Source: Raillietiella orientalis
Taxonomy: Eukaryota
Assembly (NCBI GenBank): GCA_036172245.1
Contig: JAYWIR010000007.1
Location: 3,410,001 to 3,474,000, forward strand
DNA: 64,000 bases
Direction: 5' to 3'
Part shown: positions 12,837-25,612 of the stretch, one piece after another
Numbering within the stretch: the stretch's first letter is position 1
Layout of the letters: every line of letters begins with the position of its first letter
Program-made: the position numbers and the translations under genes
Notes under the pieces: model-generated
What the model was told of the DNA's origin: nothing
The model's input: only the letters and a program-made list of their open reading frames with translations
The model's database searches: none

Positions 12837-13969
12837 CTGCGGATGATGGTTTGCAGTTTATGCATGGAATTATTATGTGTAAACTGATTGGTCAGGGAGA
12901 TAGAGGAAAGCATCCAGAGTGAATGGGATGAAAGCGCTGTGCGTGTACCTTTTCTTTAGCTTCAAAAAAGGAGGGATACCTTTTCTAGCTTCTACGGATG
13001 CTGAAGAGGAAGCGGAATAGAATCTGGCATGATATAGCAAAGTTTTTTTTTCAGATCTGGAGTTTGAAAAGAAAGGAAATAGGCGTGAACTTGTCCTCTA
13101 AGTGCAAACCACAGCAGAGAAATACTTAGCAACGAAGCTTCGATCTGAGATGAAGCTTAAGTGATTGAAGAGATTTAAGTGGTTCTGAGATCATTATGAA
13201 TAGAGAATCTGATGTTTCCATGACCTCTATCCAGGAAGATGATGAATGAGGGAGGCACAGCAGGGACCTAAACCCTCCCTAATTCATCTTCAACCTGATT
13301 CTTCGCGCGCTCGCTTGCATCGGTTCGTGGAATACCTGCTGAAACTTTCGCCATTTTGCTTTTGCTTCGTCTCTGGTTTTGTCCTTATCCTGCATCCAGT
13401 GTTTCCTCTCACGCAGGTTTTAAAATCTTTGACGCGACAGCTAAATGTTCCTAGGCCACACATGGGATGAGTCTTGCCTTCAGCTGGCTGATCCTTGCTT
13501 GTCAGATTCGACGATCTTCATTCCCCTCACGGAGGGAACCACTTATAATGGAAAGAGACGGGTGGGCACGAGAGCGCTGAACGAACATTCTTAAGGAGGA
13601 AGAGGTGGTGAAATTATTGTTAGAGGTACGCGCTGAAGGGTTTCCAAGAGGAATTGGTTTTCGTTATGGTAAGTCGTGATGAGTGGATATAACGAGAGGG
13701 GACCTGCTCAGAGAACGATAGGTGACGGCGATGTCAGAGGTCTTCTGCGCTAAACTAGCCCGATAAGCGGATATCTGATGATGATGACCTGCTTGAACAA
13801 TACCTTCTACCCTACTCTTCTTCCCTATTTTGTGGAAAATCTGCAAAACACACACACACACACACATACATGCAACCCGCACACATGAAGCCCTAAAAAG
13901 AACTGAGTATTTCTTTTCTTTCGGGTTTGCTAAGTACTCGAGAATAATCATCACCTGGTTATTCCAGGC

Positions 13970-14138
13970 ATTTATTATGTAAATAATGAAAATGCATTGG
14001 CTTGGTAGAACACCTGGTTCTACCACGTGCAACGAACCTGCCAGGAGACCGGCCAGGTCCGCTTCGGCAGCGTGGGGGAAGGGAATACAAAAACAAAAAT
14101 AAACAAACATAATAGGGGAGAAAGAAAGTGGACTTGGA
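13970..14138 (-). mobile_element. Inverted 3' UTR of an L1/Tx1-like element, related to the tail at 14820-14995
   Basis: Minus strand: T-rich tract, hairpin TGGTAGAAC-N5-GTTCTACCA, then ATTTTCATT..AATAAA. This parallels GTGGCAG..CTGCCAC..ATTTTCATT..ATAA in the plus-strand tail. Confidence 0.5.
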
Positions 14139-14995
14139 CAGCAACCTTACGGCTAGATGGAAGGTTACTGTGGAAATTCCGGAAGGAGCGGGCAGGACTG
14201 GGCGAGTGGACGACGGACCAGCTCACTGACGTTGCGACCCCGAGCGCTCGACCACACTGGACTTTTAAGATGGGGCGTGCTACTGGGTATTCCGGAGAAA
14301 GACCTGCAGTGGACCGCGGTGCTCATGAACACCCGCACCTTCCTCTTAAAGTTTCAGGAGATGGTGATGCCGCTTCTGCACTGGGGCCTCCCATGCAACG
14401 CCCGCCGGCATCTGTAGACATGGGGTGTGTGGACCCAAACTGTGGAAGGTGCGGAGAGCGGGAATGCCTCCCGCACCTCCTAGTGGACTGTGTTGCCTCT
14501 TTGGGGACGCTATGCTGCGACCCTTGGAACCACCAGAGGCAGAGCCAGAGACGTTTCAAAGCGCCCCTTCCTGCGCGACGCTCTCACCCCGGTAGGCGGC
14601 ATCTCCAGCAGCACTTTGCTGCCTCCGCGGCGGGACGATGTGTGCATGAAGCAGCGCAACAGGAGGCCAGAACGACAAGCATGCCATCCATTTTGCTGTC
14701 CTCTTCATGAGGACAGCGTCAAGATGGCCCTAGCTGGGAGTCTTGAAACAGGAACTTGCGGGCATCCTTACAAGGATGCAGAGAATATTCTCCAGCACGC
14801 AGTGATCCCTTCCTGAACTCCCTCCCCCTTTCCATTTTTTTGACCGTATGTTTTTTGTTTTATTTTTTTCTTTTTGTTTGCCGAGGTGACCCTGCTGACC
14901 TGTGTGACAGAACCCGGCAGGTTCCTTTTCGTATTCATAAGTAACGTGGCAGCATCAAACGTATCCTGCCACAGACATATATTTTCATTGTATAA
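14139..14995 (+). mobile_element. L1/Tx1-clade LINE 3' fragment, copy 1 (ORF2 C-terminal zinc finger and 3' UTR)
   Basis: W..LGI..W...LLHWGLP then, after a frameshift, CGRCGERECLPHLLVDC (CCHC zf-RVT-like). Nearly identical to 35674-36530 (offset 21535; ORF-track translations are identical). Confidence 0.8.
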
Positions 14996-15190
14996 ATAAA
15001 CGCTCCAGGGTGACCGGATGTCCACCAGTGCTTCCGAAGCCAACCAGCGTCATACTGTGGGGAGGACTCGAAATCCACCACGATCCATTCACTTCTCGGC
15101 GTGGATCCTTCCTCGAGTGAGATTCGAACCCTCAGCGCTTGGCACCACGTGTGGAGACCATAGGCACACGGCCTCTAGCGCGGGCTGCGT
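14996..15190 (-). mobile_element. tRNA-derived SINE-like repeat, copy 1
   Basis: B-box GGTTCGAATC on the minus strand (~15121-15130). Homologous to but diverged from 36531-36745; shared core CAGTGCTTCCGAAGCCAACCAGCGT. Confidence 0.6.
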
Positions 15191-18100
15191 GCTTCCCGGA
15201 TGCCAAAGGCGGGGAGATAAGGTAGAGTAGAGATGATGAGTAAGCGTTGTCTGGGACAAGGAAGCTCCGTCCGTGAGAACGAGCAGATCTTCGTGGTTCA
15301 CCGACATGCAAAGGAATGATGGCTACTTGGAGTGCCTGCGGCGTAGAGCAGCTCCACCCAACAACGCTCATTCATCCTACGCACGGGTCACCAGTTCTTA
15401 ATTGTGATCTTTGACTTTTGACACTCCACGCAGATGCGCTCAAGGTCCACTCCCGGTCCGAATGGTGCGATCGTCTTTTGAGCACAGGCGAAATGTCCGG
15501 ACGCACAATTACACCTTCTCAACCCTGAAGTGGGTTGGAAAGGTGCGGCAGGGAGGCCAGCAACGAACCTGTACGCTTCCCTTTATAAACGGTAGCTCAC
15601 CCACCCTTCCTTTCACACGGTCCTGGGGAAGGACACGCGTCCTCTTCCCCTCTCATTGCCGTCTTCACTTACTGTGCATGGGACTGTCTGCTGTCGGGCG
15701 CTTGAAGGTTCTGCCGAAAGCTAGAGGAGCGGGCGCCGTCCGTGCGCGAGCCCCAGGGGCGGTCGTAGGGCGAAGAGGATCAGCGGCCACCTGCCCCGGG
15801 GCGCAAACGTGCTCGAACCTGTCATTCCTCCGTAGTCGGGGGACCCTTCCAGCAAAGCACAGCTCCTCCGGCTGCTGGCGGCGCCCTCCGGCAGGCAAGA
15901 AAAGATGGGAGCAGCCTCCAGGGGAGGAGGGGACGGATGTTTCCTCTCGGCGCGCATCACGGCGCGAACTGATGAGGTCCCGGCCACGTCAGGGGACGCC
16001 CGGATGCTAATTGTGTCTGCAGATTTCCCTACTTGCCTAACTGCCCCATGACGCTCTGGGAAGAAACTCCGTCGTCCGTCCGCCGGAAGAAGAGGTTCCC
16101 TTGCAGCCACGCAGTCTGGGTCATCGCTCGCAATTCGCCACCGTCAACAAAACAGAAGCGTCTACACCTACGCGCCCTCCAGTGAAAGCAGAACCAGGAT
16201 ACCAGACTTCGCTCCGCGATCCCTCCAGCTCCGACTGGGAACCTCCCTTTCTCCTCCTCCTCTTTTCTTCTTCCTCCTCCTCCTTCTCCTCCTCTGGATC
16301 TAGGAGGCATCTCCAGTCGAAGGCGTGAGGAAGGGACAAGCTTCGGAGAGAGATCAGGCCGCCGGCATGTGTCCCGATGGTCCACACAGAGCGGGAGGAA
16401 GAGGGAAGATGGGGCGGCGGGAAGGAACTGCGCGAGAGACGGCATGAGCGAGGAGGACTTCCCGGAGGGGAGACGAGGAGAGAGTCGCGGGAAAGAGCAA
16501 GCGCTGAGACATGGAAAAGGAGAGAGACGGTAGGCGGGGATCACCGAGGTGCCGCAAGAGTCTTTACTCCGGCGGAACCCTTCCCGTCCGCTCCCCCTCC
16601 TCTTCGCCCTGAAGCGAGGCCGTGCGACGAGCGAAAGCTCAGGTTTCATTCCCACCGCATGGGAGCCCCAGATCGGACCCTAAGGACATCGTCTATAGGC
16701 AATGGAAGAGTCTTTCCTCGGCGGCAGCGGCAGCAGCAGCAGAAGAAGAAGAAAACTGTCAGGGAACGATTCATCAGTCACGAACGTGACGTACGCAGCG
16801 AGCTCTCTCCCGCCGTCTCCAAGTAGACTGCTCCGTAGGTGGTTTTCAACCTCCTCCTCCTCTTCCGCCTCGTTCCCCTCCTCCCACGCTCGCGCTGCGT
16901 GGGTGCACCAGAGATACCAAGTGCAGCGAAGAGATGTGAAGAGAAGGAGGAGAGATACGAAAGGGGGGAGCGGCGGCGGCTCCATTCAACCTCTACTGCG
17001 TGCCGGGCGGCGCGCACACTTCTTGGAAGCGAGCCAGATGAGGCGGCGCCAGCAGTTAGAGGCAAGGACATCCACCCGCCTGGAGAACTGCCGCAGTGCT
17101 GCCGAGTTGCTCCGGACCGACGCACTTCTTCAAGATGCCGACGAAAGGTACGTACGCACGGGTTCCTCTTCCCTCCAACCCCTCCCCCTATACCCCCGCG
17201 GGTCAGCACGGCTGCTCCTCCACGACAGAGCGAACGGACGCGCTCCTCGAAGGAGACCCCTTCCTGGAAGACTCCTCCTTCCCTCCATCCTCTACACCCT
17301 CGCTTCCGAGAGGAAAGAGGTAGGAGCTCGTCCGGGGAAATCCCTCCCTCCCCTCCTCCCAGGCCGAAGGTCCTCCCGCTGCTGCAGCTTGATGCTTTGC
17401 GGTCCGAAGAGACCCATCGAGCGTGGCCGCACGCAGACCAGGTCGTGTGCCTTTCTCGTCCGCTGCCATCCGTGCAGCAGGACACGTGTCGAAGCCGTGA
17501 GCGTTGACCTGTCCCTCCCCCACTCCCAGGATCACCTTTCACCCAACCACAGCTCTGGATGGTGTTTTCTTTTCTTTCTTTCTTTTTTTTTTGGCGAGAA
17601 GAGTCGTGAGCAGCGGAGGACCGAGAATGCCCAAGGCACGCAGGTCAGGACGGAACTCAAGATCTCCCCAGCTTCCTCCTCACAGGAATCGAGTGGGGAA
17701 GATAAGGGAGGGGAGGGTGAGGTGACCATCGAGGAAAGACAACACCTACATACGAGTGCGAAAGGAAGAGAGGAACCTCCTCGTCGCCAGAGACTCCAGC
17801 CTCCACCATCAGTCCAGGAACCTGGAACGGAGGTCGCGCCGGCTTGGTCCGAGATTGCAAGAGAAAGGTGGGCAGAAGTTCACTGCGCTAAAGAGGGTTC
17901 GAGATGGGAGGCAAAGAGGCCCACGCGAGGGTCACACTTCTGAGAGAGGGAGGGGGAGTAAGCGAATGAGGTAAAATCGCGGGCGAGTCGCCTGGTAAAC
18001 GGAAACCGCCGCCGCAGTGCTGCTGTTGCCGAGACGGGAGAGCTCACGCAACGGTCCGTAGCTCCCCCGATGCACCGCGCCGCAAGCACCTTCGCCCACG

Positions 18101-20149
18101 CACCTGCAGGGAGCTGTGCGGCTCCCGGTTCCTCCTTGCGTGCCGACCTCCGTATCCGCCGCCTTCGCAACGCCCGAGCTCGCGAGCCTCCCCCGCGAGC
18201 AAACCAGAAAGAGGGCACCCGTGAGTCATCCCCTAGAAGTCTCTCTGGGAGTCGAGGGAAAGAACGTGTGCGAGTCGAGTGCCGGCACGTGACCCTGGAT
18301 GAACCTCGATGACGGTGCCGGTCGTTGCTTCCGGCGTCTCGCATGCACAGGGATCTTCGTCATCCTCCGTGTCTTCCACTTCTCTCTCACCTTTGCAGAA
18401 GCGGATCCGGGCAACTTCCTGGCGATCGGTACGCCATCTCGGGATTTTCCTTTCCATCCCCCTCCCCTCTCCCCCGTGCCCCCGATGTAGCCGTCCGCCC
18501 GACTTCTCTCCGTGGTCGTTTCGCTTTTTGCGTCGCGGCCATCCACGCAGTCGGCTACGCCCGCATGGAGAGTCGCTCGCCGAGAGTTGAAGATGGAGGG
18601 GGGAGGAGGGGGGGGGGCCGAAAGCGGCTCCCTGCTGCTTCCTCGCAACCTTTCTTTTCCCGGAGCGACCCGGATGGGAGCGCTTCGTTCACGCTTGTGC
18701 GAGCCACGCATCGCACTTGCCGCGTCCCCGCCCACTCGTGGACTGCGCCCGCGACGTCAGGACGCAGCTTGCTGCAGAAGGGGGAAGAAGGCGCAAACAC
18801 GCAAAACACCTGATCTGGTTTTGTTTTGTTTTCTTGTGGGGCATTCTTTTTTTCAATCTGCGTCCCGTTTATGGCATTCGCGCGCCAGACCTGCGCCTTC
18901 CCATCACGTACGCTCGAGGTGTTCGCGGGTCGAGCCAGGCGAGGAGGCGAAGCTTCCTGAGAAGGGGTCAACTTTTTCCTGCGACAAAACATCGATCCGC
19001 TTCCCGGAGATTATCGATTTAGATCCGGTGAAGATGAACGCGTATGTCTGAATACCACGGGACGAATACGCCAGGGAGGTGGGTTCGGAATGTTCCAGAG
19101 CTTCGGGGATTCCAAAGGGCGATGCGACACTGCACGACCAAGGCAGTCGAACCTCCTCCCCGGCAGCACCTGGATGCGGTGCGTTTCCGCCAAGCAGAAG
19201 CCACGTATCAGTTGCAATCCTTTTCCTTTTTTTTCTAGGAGGGGGAAGGAGAAAGAGGGGGGGGGGGGGGGGAAGCGCGTGCGTCCGTAACATCGGGAGG
19301 AAGGGGAAGAAAACGATGAAAAGCGTGCAGAGAGATGCAGAAAGTCGTTGGCATTTCTGACGAAGAATGGCTCTGCGTCAGGCGGTTTGCGGCGGATAGC
19401 TGCCACGCGCCTGCGCGCTTAGCGAACGAGCGGAGGAAAAGGAAAGCGCCGCGTGGTGGAAGGTGGGGGTGAGGGGGGGGGGGGTGAGGGCGAACCTCTT
19501 GTTATCTTCTGGTTACGTTTGCGGAGAGCACGAGCAAAGTCGAAAGCAAGTCGGATTCGGGTCTCTCCCTTCCGCCAAGAAGGTGGCATCGGCTGGAGGA
19601 GGAGCAGAAGGAGCCAGCAGGTGCAGAGCAAACAAGCAACGCCCCGCGCGACGGACGACCTGCACCAGTTGGCAATGGAACCTGGCGGGGTTGACAGCAC
19701 AGTGCCTGGCTTCCCTACCAAGAGCGTGAGTTCCCGAGGGCAGCCTCCGTTCTGCGACGCACATTCGTAATGCATGGGAATCAGAGGGTTCGAAGACGGC
19801 AGGCGTCGCCGAACCCGCTGGGTGGCTGAGGGCGGGAAGAGGCGAAAGACGCTTCCGAATCAGCCGGTCGCAGCTGATACTGCGGAAGGCGGCCTGGTGG
19901 CTGGAAAGGTGAGAAGTAACTCCTCTTCGAAGGACCGGCAGCATGGCGGAAACACGGGGGAGGAGGGGGGGGAAGCGCGTACGAGGAAGAGAAAGAGAGA
20001 ACCGAGGAGAAAGCAGAAAGTTAGGCAAACGGAAGATTTCAAGGTCTCAGCAGCGCCGAAAGCACGACGACACAGATGCTAATCATCTGAGCAAACGGAA
20101 CCGGGCAATCCCGCGCACTCTTCCTCTCACGTTCAGACGAAGAAAACAT

Positions 20150-20700
20150 TTCTGAGGCCAGTTGGCGCGCTGTTGGACAAAACCGAGGGGGCGCGCCATC
20201 TGCGAAGCAGTGGATCCGCTCGAAACTTTCGAGTGCTTCTTCGTGGACGAGGAGGTGCGGGACCTCTGTTCGTTCCTGCCCTCTTCCAGAGTGGGAAAAG
20301 CTCCAGCGAGAAGGAAGCAAGCGTTCGCGACTTACCGGTGTTGAGCTGAGCGCGGCTGCTGCACGGGAGGGCACAGAGTATGCGCACCCAGTAGAAGAAG
20401 CCTCACGTGTGCTGCTCGGCCCACTGGATGAGCTAAGAGTGAAAGCAACGGCAGTGAGGAATTGACATGAGCCTTCGTGGGCGCGCGCGCCTGGGCTGCT
20501 GCGTGAGGGACAGGTGCTACACCATTGGTACATCGACAGGAAGAAATGAGAGAAGACATCACCACCCATCCACCAAGAAGGCAGAAGAAGCGCGTCGCCG
20601 ACGCTACGCGAAGCCGCGTTGGCTCACCTGCCATCCGATACGCGGCGCGACAAGCGAACCCAACCTTTTTCGCCGCGAGCAAAAGTGACCGAGGAAGAAA
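20150..20700 (+). mobile_element. Possible piggyBac-like transposase remnant
   Basis: VDPLETFECFFVDEEV resembles the piggyBac N-terminal PxxxFxLFxxDE motif, and a decayed Cys-rich stretch follows. No DDD core or TIRs found. Confidence 0.22.
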
Positions 20701-21443
20701 ACGGGAGATACGGGAAACACTAGCTCCGTGGAACGACGGCTGCGCGAGTACAGTCGTCCCTCGGCTTGCTCGTTTTCGGGAACAATCTGCAAAGGGTGGA
20801 AAATGTGCCACACCAGCAGCTGCCCTTGAGAAAGATTCATCCACAGAGACTGCCGACTCGAACAAGAAATCGCAGAGCTACGTCGACACCCCGAGCATTG
20901 AGCATGCACACAGGCGGCAGTCCGTGAAGGAGGAAGAGGAGAAAAGGGGATTCTTTTTCATTCTTTTTATTTTGAGGGGGAGGGGGAGGGGATAGAGACG
21001 GTGCGATTCACGCGCTGCCACGACAGAGGTAGTAGTTTCTCTCTGTCTCCTCTTTTCCTCTCGGATGATGACGGCAACGCAGAGATGATGCGGTGGCAGC
21101 TGCCTGGGAGCTCTGATGCAGCCTGCTTCCCGCGGGAACCGACGGAAGGGGCTTCCCGAAACCACGCTGATCTTGCCCGCAGTCCCGGTTCGCCTCAGCT
21201 CGCAGGAAGCGGATCGTTCCCGCTTCTTCCACGCGTTCGCTTCCTACCTTTCAAGCAAGGAGAGAGAGAGAGCCTGAGAAGCAGCAGCGCCTCCTCCGCC
21301 GCAGTCCCAGAGGTCGGTCCTCGCGCGTGAGGAGAGTCCCCTTCTCAGGCTTCGACCCGGGGACACCCGCACACCTGACCTCCCTCCCTCGCCCCCATCC
21401 CTTTCACACATTCTGCTGACGACCACATCTGCTCGTCCGACAG

Positions 21444-22587
21444 CCAAGTACGCGCTTCCCAGCTGGAAGGAGAAATCTAACGGGGACGTCTCCCAGCACT
21501 CGGTGTTGGCGGGCGAAGACAACGGATCGGCGGTGTACGTTGGCATCGCTGAGCACAGCGGCGACGTGATTCCTGGGAAGGTGATACCTAACCACAACAC
21601 GATGTACATCTCCTTCGAGGGAAAGGAAATTTGCAAGGACCATTACCAGGTCGGTTTTGCAGCAGCAGGCTCTACAGGAAGGAAGGGGGTGCAGGAGGGA
21701 AGAAAGAGGCACGGACCTTCCTTCTGTGCATTGCTTAGGTGCTGCACAACCCGTCACGCTGCGCTCTGGTCTGGATAGAAGCTAAAGACGGCAGCATACC
21801 GACTGGAGCGCTTCAAGGAGGCCAGACGTCTTCAGGAGAAACCCTATACATCGCAAAGTGCCAGATAGATGGGAACTGCGTAGTCGGAAAAGTATGGACC
21901 TTCCCTATCCCCACCGGTTTCGTGAGCGTGGCAGCGAGAGTTCGTCTCGGTTTTCGCGATTCACCTTCCGCACGCATGCACGCCTCTCTCCTCCCAGCCT
22001 CCTCTCCCCCCCCCCCCCATCCCCGACCACGCGCACACCTTTGTTCTTCCTGAGCCGGTCTCGTTGGTGGCGGCATCAGCGCCCTCTTGTTGCCCTCCAC
22101 ACGGAGCGCGAGACGATCCTTGCTTCCCCCACGGTGTGACGATTCGTGGGAACCTCGAATTGAGGATCCAGCCAACTCGGAATCCCCGCTCAAGAGCTTC
22201 CAACTCGCACCTCTGATTCACGCGCGCGCGCACTTCCGATCTGCTGCCGCCTTTCACCACCGCATCATCTTCCTTGTTCAGTTGGCAGCTTCCGATGCTT
22301 CCCGATGACTCGTCCCGCGCTTTGCAACCCTCCGTGCGTCAGAAAGGGGGATCGAAACCCAGGTGCATCCGGCCCTGTTCCCACTGCGCTGCGATTCGTA
22401 GGTCCTTCTCCCGCCCAGCGTTTATTCGCCCGTACTGTGTGGTACGCTGCCTCCGTTCCAGGTGCATCCTAGCCACGGAACAGCATACTTTCCTTACGGC
22501 GGAGAAGAAATTGGCAAATCGGAGTACGAAGTTTTGTGCATGAAGGAGTGCAACTTGGTTCGGAAGGAAGAGCATGACGATGACTGA
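21444..22587 (+). CDS. DM9-repeat protein (exons 21444-21649, 21739-21891, 22462-22587; 5' exon unresolved)
   Basis: Two DM9 repeats: W..GDVSQHSVLAG..VYVG..GDVIPGKV..YISFEGKE..YQVL and W..GSIPTGALQGG..GETLYIA..VGKVHPSH..YFPYGGEE..YEVL. GT-AG introns keep the frame; TGA at 22585-22587. Confidence 0.88.
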
Positions 22588-25500
22588 AAACCAACAGCGC
22601 ATGAGGAAACGCAAAAGGGTTTTCCCATCCACAAAAAGATATTTCGATGAATGCTGGAGTTTCAGGCGTGTCTAAATGGAAAGGATTCGGTTTGTTTTTC
22701 TCCTTAGTGGAAATAAAAAACAACACCAAGTCTAAGATTCGAACAGTTTAGCAAAGTTGCTGAAGTTCCTTTCCTAAGGCGTCGTCGTTTCGTCTGTGGA
22801 CACGAAGGGTGCTTACGTAGGTCGCTTGCAAAAAACACGCCAGAGTCACCAGGTAGCCCAAAAACAAGGCACCATGAATCATCCGCCGTCACCATGTGGT
22901 CCAGCAGCACAGATTGCGTTTTGTTCTTTAATGCAGCAAGTGTAGAACAGTTGCTGTGTTGATTTATTTCGTGTGTGCTCATCGTTTAGACAGATTAAAA
23001 TGACTCCTTCCCATCCCACTGAGTTTTCCAACAGCAGCAGACACGCTCACGAAAGGGGGGGGGGGACACTTTTAACGCTTTGTTTGCTTACTGTCAAACC
23101 TGAGTAAATTTAGTGCATCGCACGGCTTTAATCGAATTCTGCTGGTAGGCTCTGATTTTTTTTCCAGCATGAAAACAAATCCCATTTCTTTCATCCCTTA
23201 GAACTATAAGAGTGTCACTCCTTCACTCCTTAGTTCATAGCTGCATGAAAGAGCAGCGCTGCAACGAAAAGCGAACGGAACCATCGGTCACTGGAAGGAT
23301 AGCTGAAGCAGGGTCACCTTTGTGCACAATAAGAATCTTCAAGAGTAGTCGGCTCAAACATGGGCTACAAACCATTCATTACTTCCATACTGTTCGTACA
23401 TAATGTAGGTAGTATCTAGAAAAACCCGTTTCAGCGTTATAAAGTCTATTACTTGTATGCTGGTTGCAACTACTGCAAAAGCAAAATGACTTGCAGCTGA
23501 CTTCGACCTGAGTTGAAAATCCTGCCTGATCCCTCTCGCGGCCACTTTTATGAGGAAAAACAAAAGCTCTCGAGTCGCAGGAAGATCACCTCGCCGAAGA
23601 GAAGCAGACGGTCGCTATGCGGGCTGAGCAGAGAGCAAACCAAACAGAGCAAATGGAACCGAGAGGTTCCCTTCCCAATGATTTCGTAGATTACGGTAGT
23701 CCTCGTCTGACCTTAATTGAGTTCCAAAACGGAAAAGCCTTTTCCTTAAATAAGAGAAAACGGCACGGACAACATCCCCGGGTTCTAAGGAAAGTGAATT
23801 TCATGCACTCACTTTCCCAATGCTCCCGGGAACTTTCAAAACCTCACGAACCCACCACCTCTTATCGGATTTCTGTGCCCCTTGGACACGGACATTTCCC
23901 CAACTCCAGCTGGGCATTTTGTGACACGATGGCGTCTCAGGAACAGGCCGAGCCGGGTTTCCATTCATTCATTTTCACTTACAATGTATTTCCTCACGAA
24001 TTTTCCTCCCTAGACCAATCAAGTAATCTCGGTACTTTTTTTTCTTTTGAAAAAAAATCTTGATAGTAAAACATGGTAAAACCGAGGTAACGGAAGCTGT
24101 CGGACACTATTTCGAAACGTCAAAAAATGAACACCCGAAAAGACAAAAAAAAAGGGGGGCGGGGAGGGGGATCTCTCCACCGAGCAGCTACAAACGAAAA
24201 ACAAAATACGTCAGCTATCAAATAGTCGTCAAAAACAAAAAAGCGGAACCCTAAAAACTTGCTGTTATCTAAAATATTCCCTAAATATTATGTCCCCGTT
24301 TTCAGGAACTTGAAAACATGAAAAGCGTGTCGACCGAATACCAATGGGAGACAAACACAAAGGAGGCGCCAATCTGGCAAGGGTTAATGATTAATTACAC
24401 TTAACAGCGACACGAAACATGTGAAAAACTCGAGATAAAGAATTCAGGTCGCATAAGAACCGCACAGCCTATTTAAGACTGTGGAAACTTTGATGCTAGC
24501 AACAATAATTTCCGAATAATTATAGAAGCTCAACTGTTTTTTTTTTTTTTTATTTCTACAAAAGTCACCCAGTTTTCCGGAGGTAGGCATAAAATCTGAG
24601 ACTTTTGGGGAAGCGCTTTTGTCAGTGGATGGTTTCGTGGAACGAATGATAAGGTCTGATTTTTTCAGTAAGATCAATTTATCCTTTTTGTACACTACTA
24701 AAAAACCTTCAAAAAGTCGCTCTGAAACCATTGTGATAGTAAGTATTAAAGCAGTGAAGGCAGTTTTTGGCTGGCAATTCTATTGAAATAAAACATGCGA
24801 TTTTTGTATCGGAAAAAATTAAAAAAAAAAAGGAGGTTGCAGATGAAAACGAAAGTTGACCCTTGAAACAATCAAGTCATAAACCACCACAGCATCACCA
24901 ATGCAACAAATCACGAATCACAACATACTTGTCAATCATTACTTGCTCTAATTAATACAAAATTCATGAACGCACAATCACTACACTAACTACCAAGGAA
25001 CAATAAAATAAGTTGAAAAAGCAAGGAAATAATAATAATAATAAAATCCATCTACCAATGATCTTTAATACATTTTTTGGATACAAACAAGTGCAAACAC
25101 TCATAGTGACTTAATTCATCCATTATTTCCAGAATGATTTGCTAATTCAACTATGGTTTTTTCAGCATATCTTCTGTATACTATTTAATAGTACATTATC
25201 AATCAACAACGTTCTGACTATTTAAATTACTCACAACTGGGACTCTTGAAAATGCCAACACATGCACCTAGCAAACAATAAGTATCTTGTGTTTCTTTCA
25301 GGATAATACTTTGTACTAGTTCACAGAATGAAAATTCTGCTCAGAAAAGTGCACTCCTAATTTTGCAAGTAGATTGATGTGATCACAAACCATCACAACA
25401 TACTAGCATATTTGTTGTAAAGACAGTTCAGTTTGTTTTGCTACTACAATATGTAAATCTGAATCATGATCACATTGTACACAAATCACAGGAACATTCC

Positions 25501-25612
25501 ACAGTGCTAGCAACCACAACCACTAGGTCCAGTTAAAACAGTACAAACATAGGATTCTATCCATTAGCTGCTAGCATATCACAGAAAAACATAGGTAGAT
25601 AAATGTAAACGG

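Noticed and set aside
15969..16000. CTGATGAG-GTCCC..GGGAC hammerhead-like core
   Set aside because: The essential GAAA after stem II is GCCC, and stems I/III are not evident.
15411..19400. Long ORFs including the 413-aa ORF at 16702-17943
   Set aside because: Low-complexity, run through poly-T and trinucleotide tracts, no recognisable motif.
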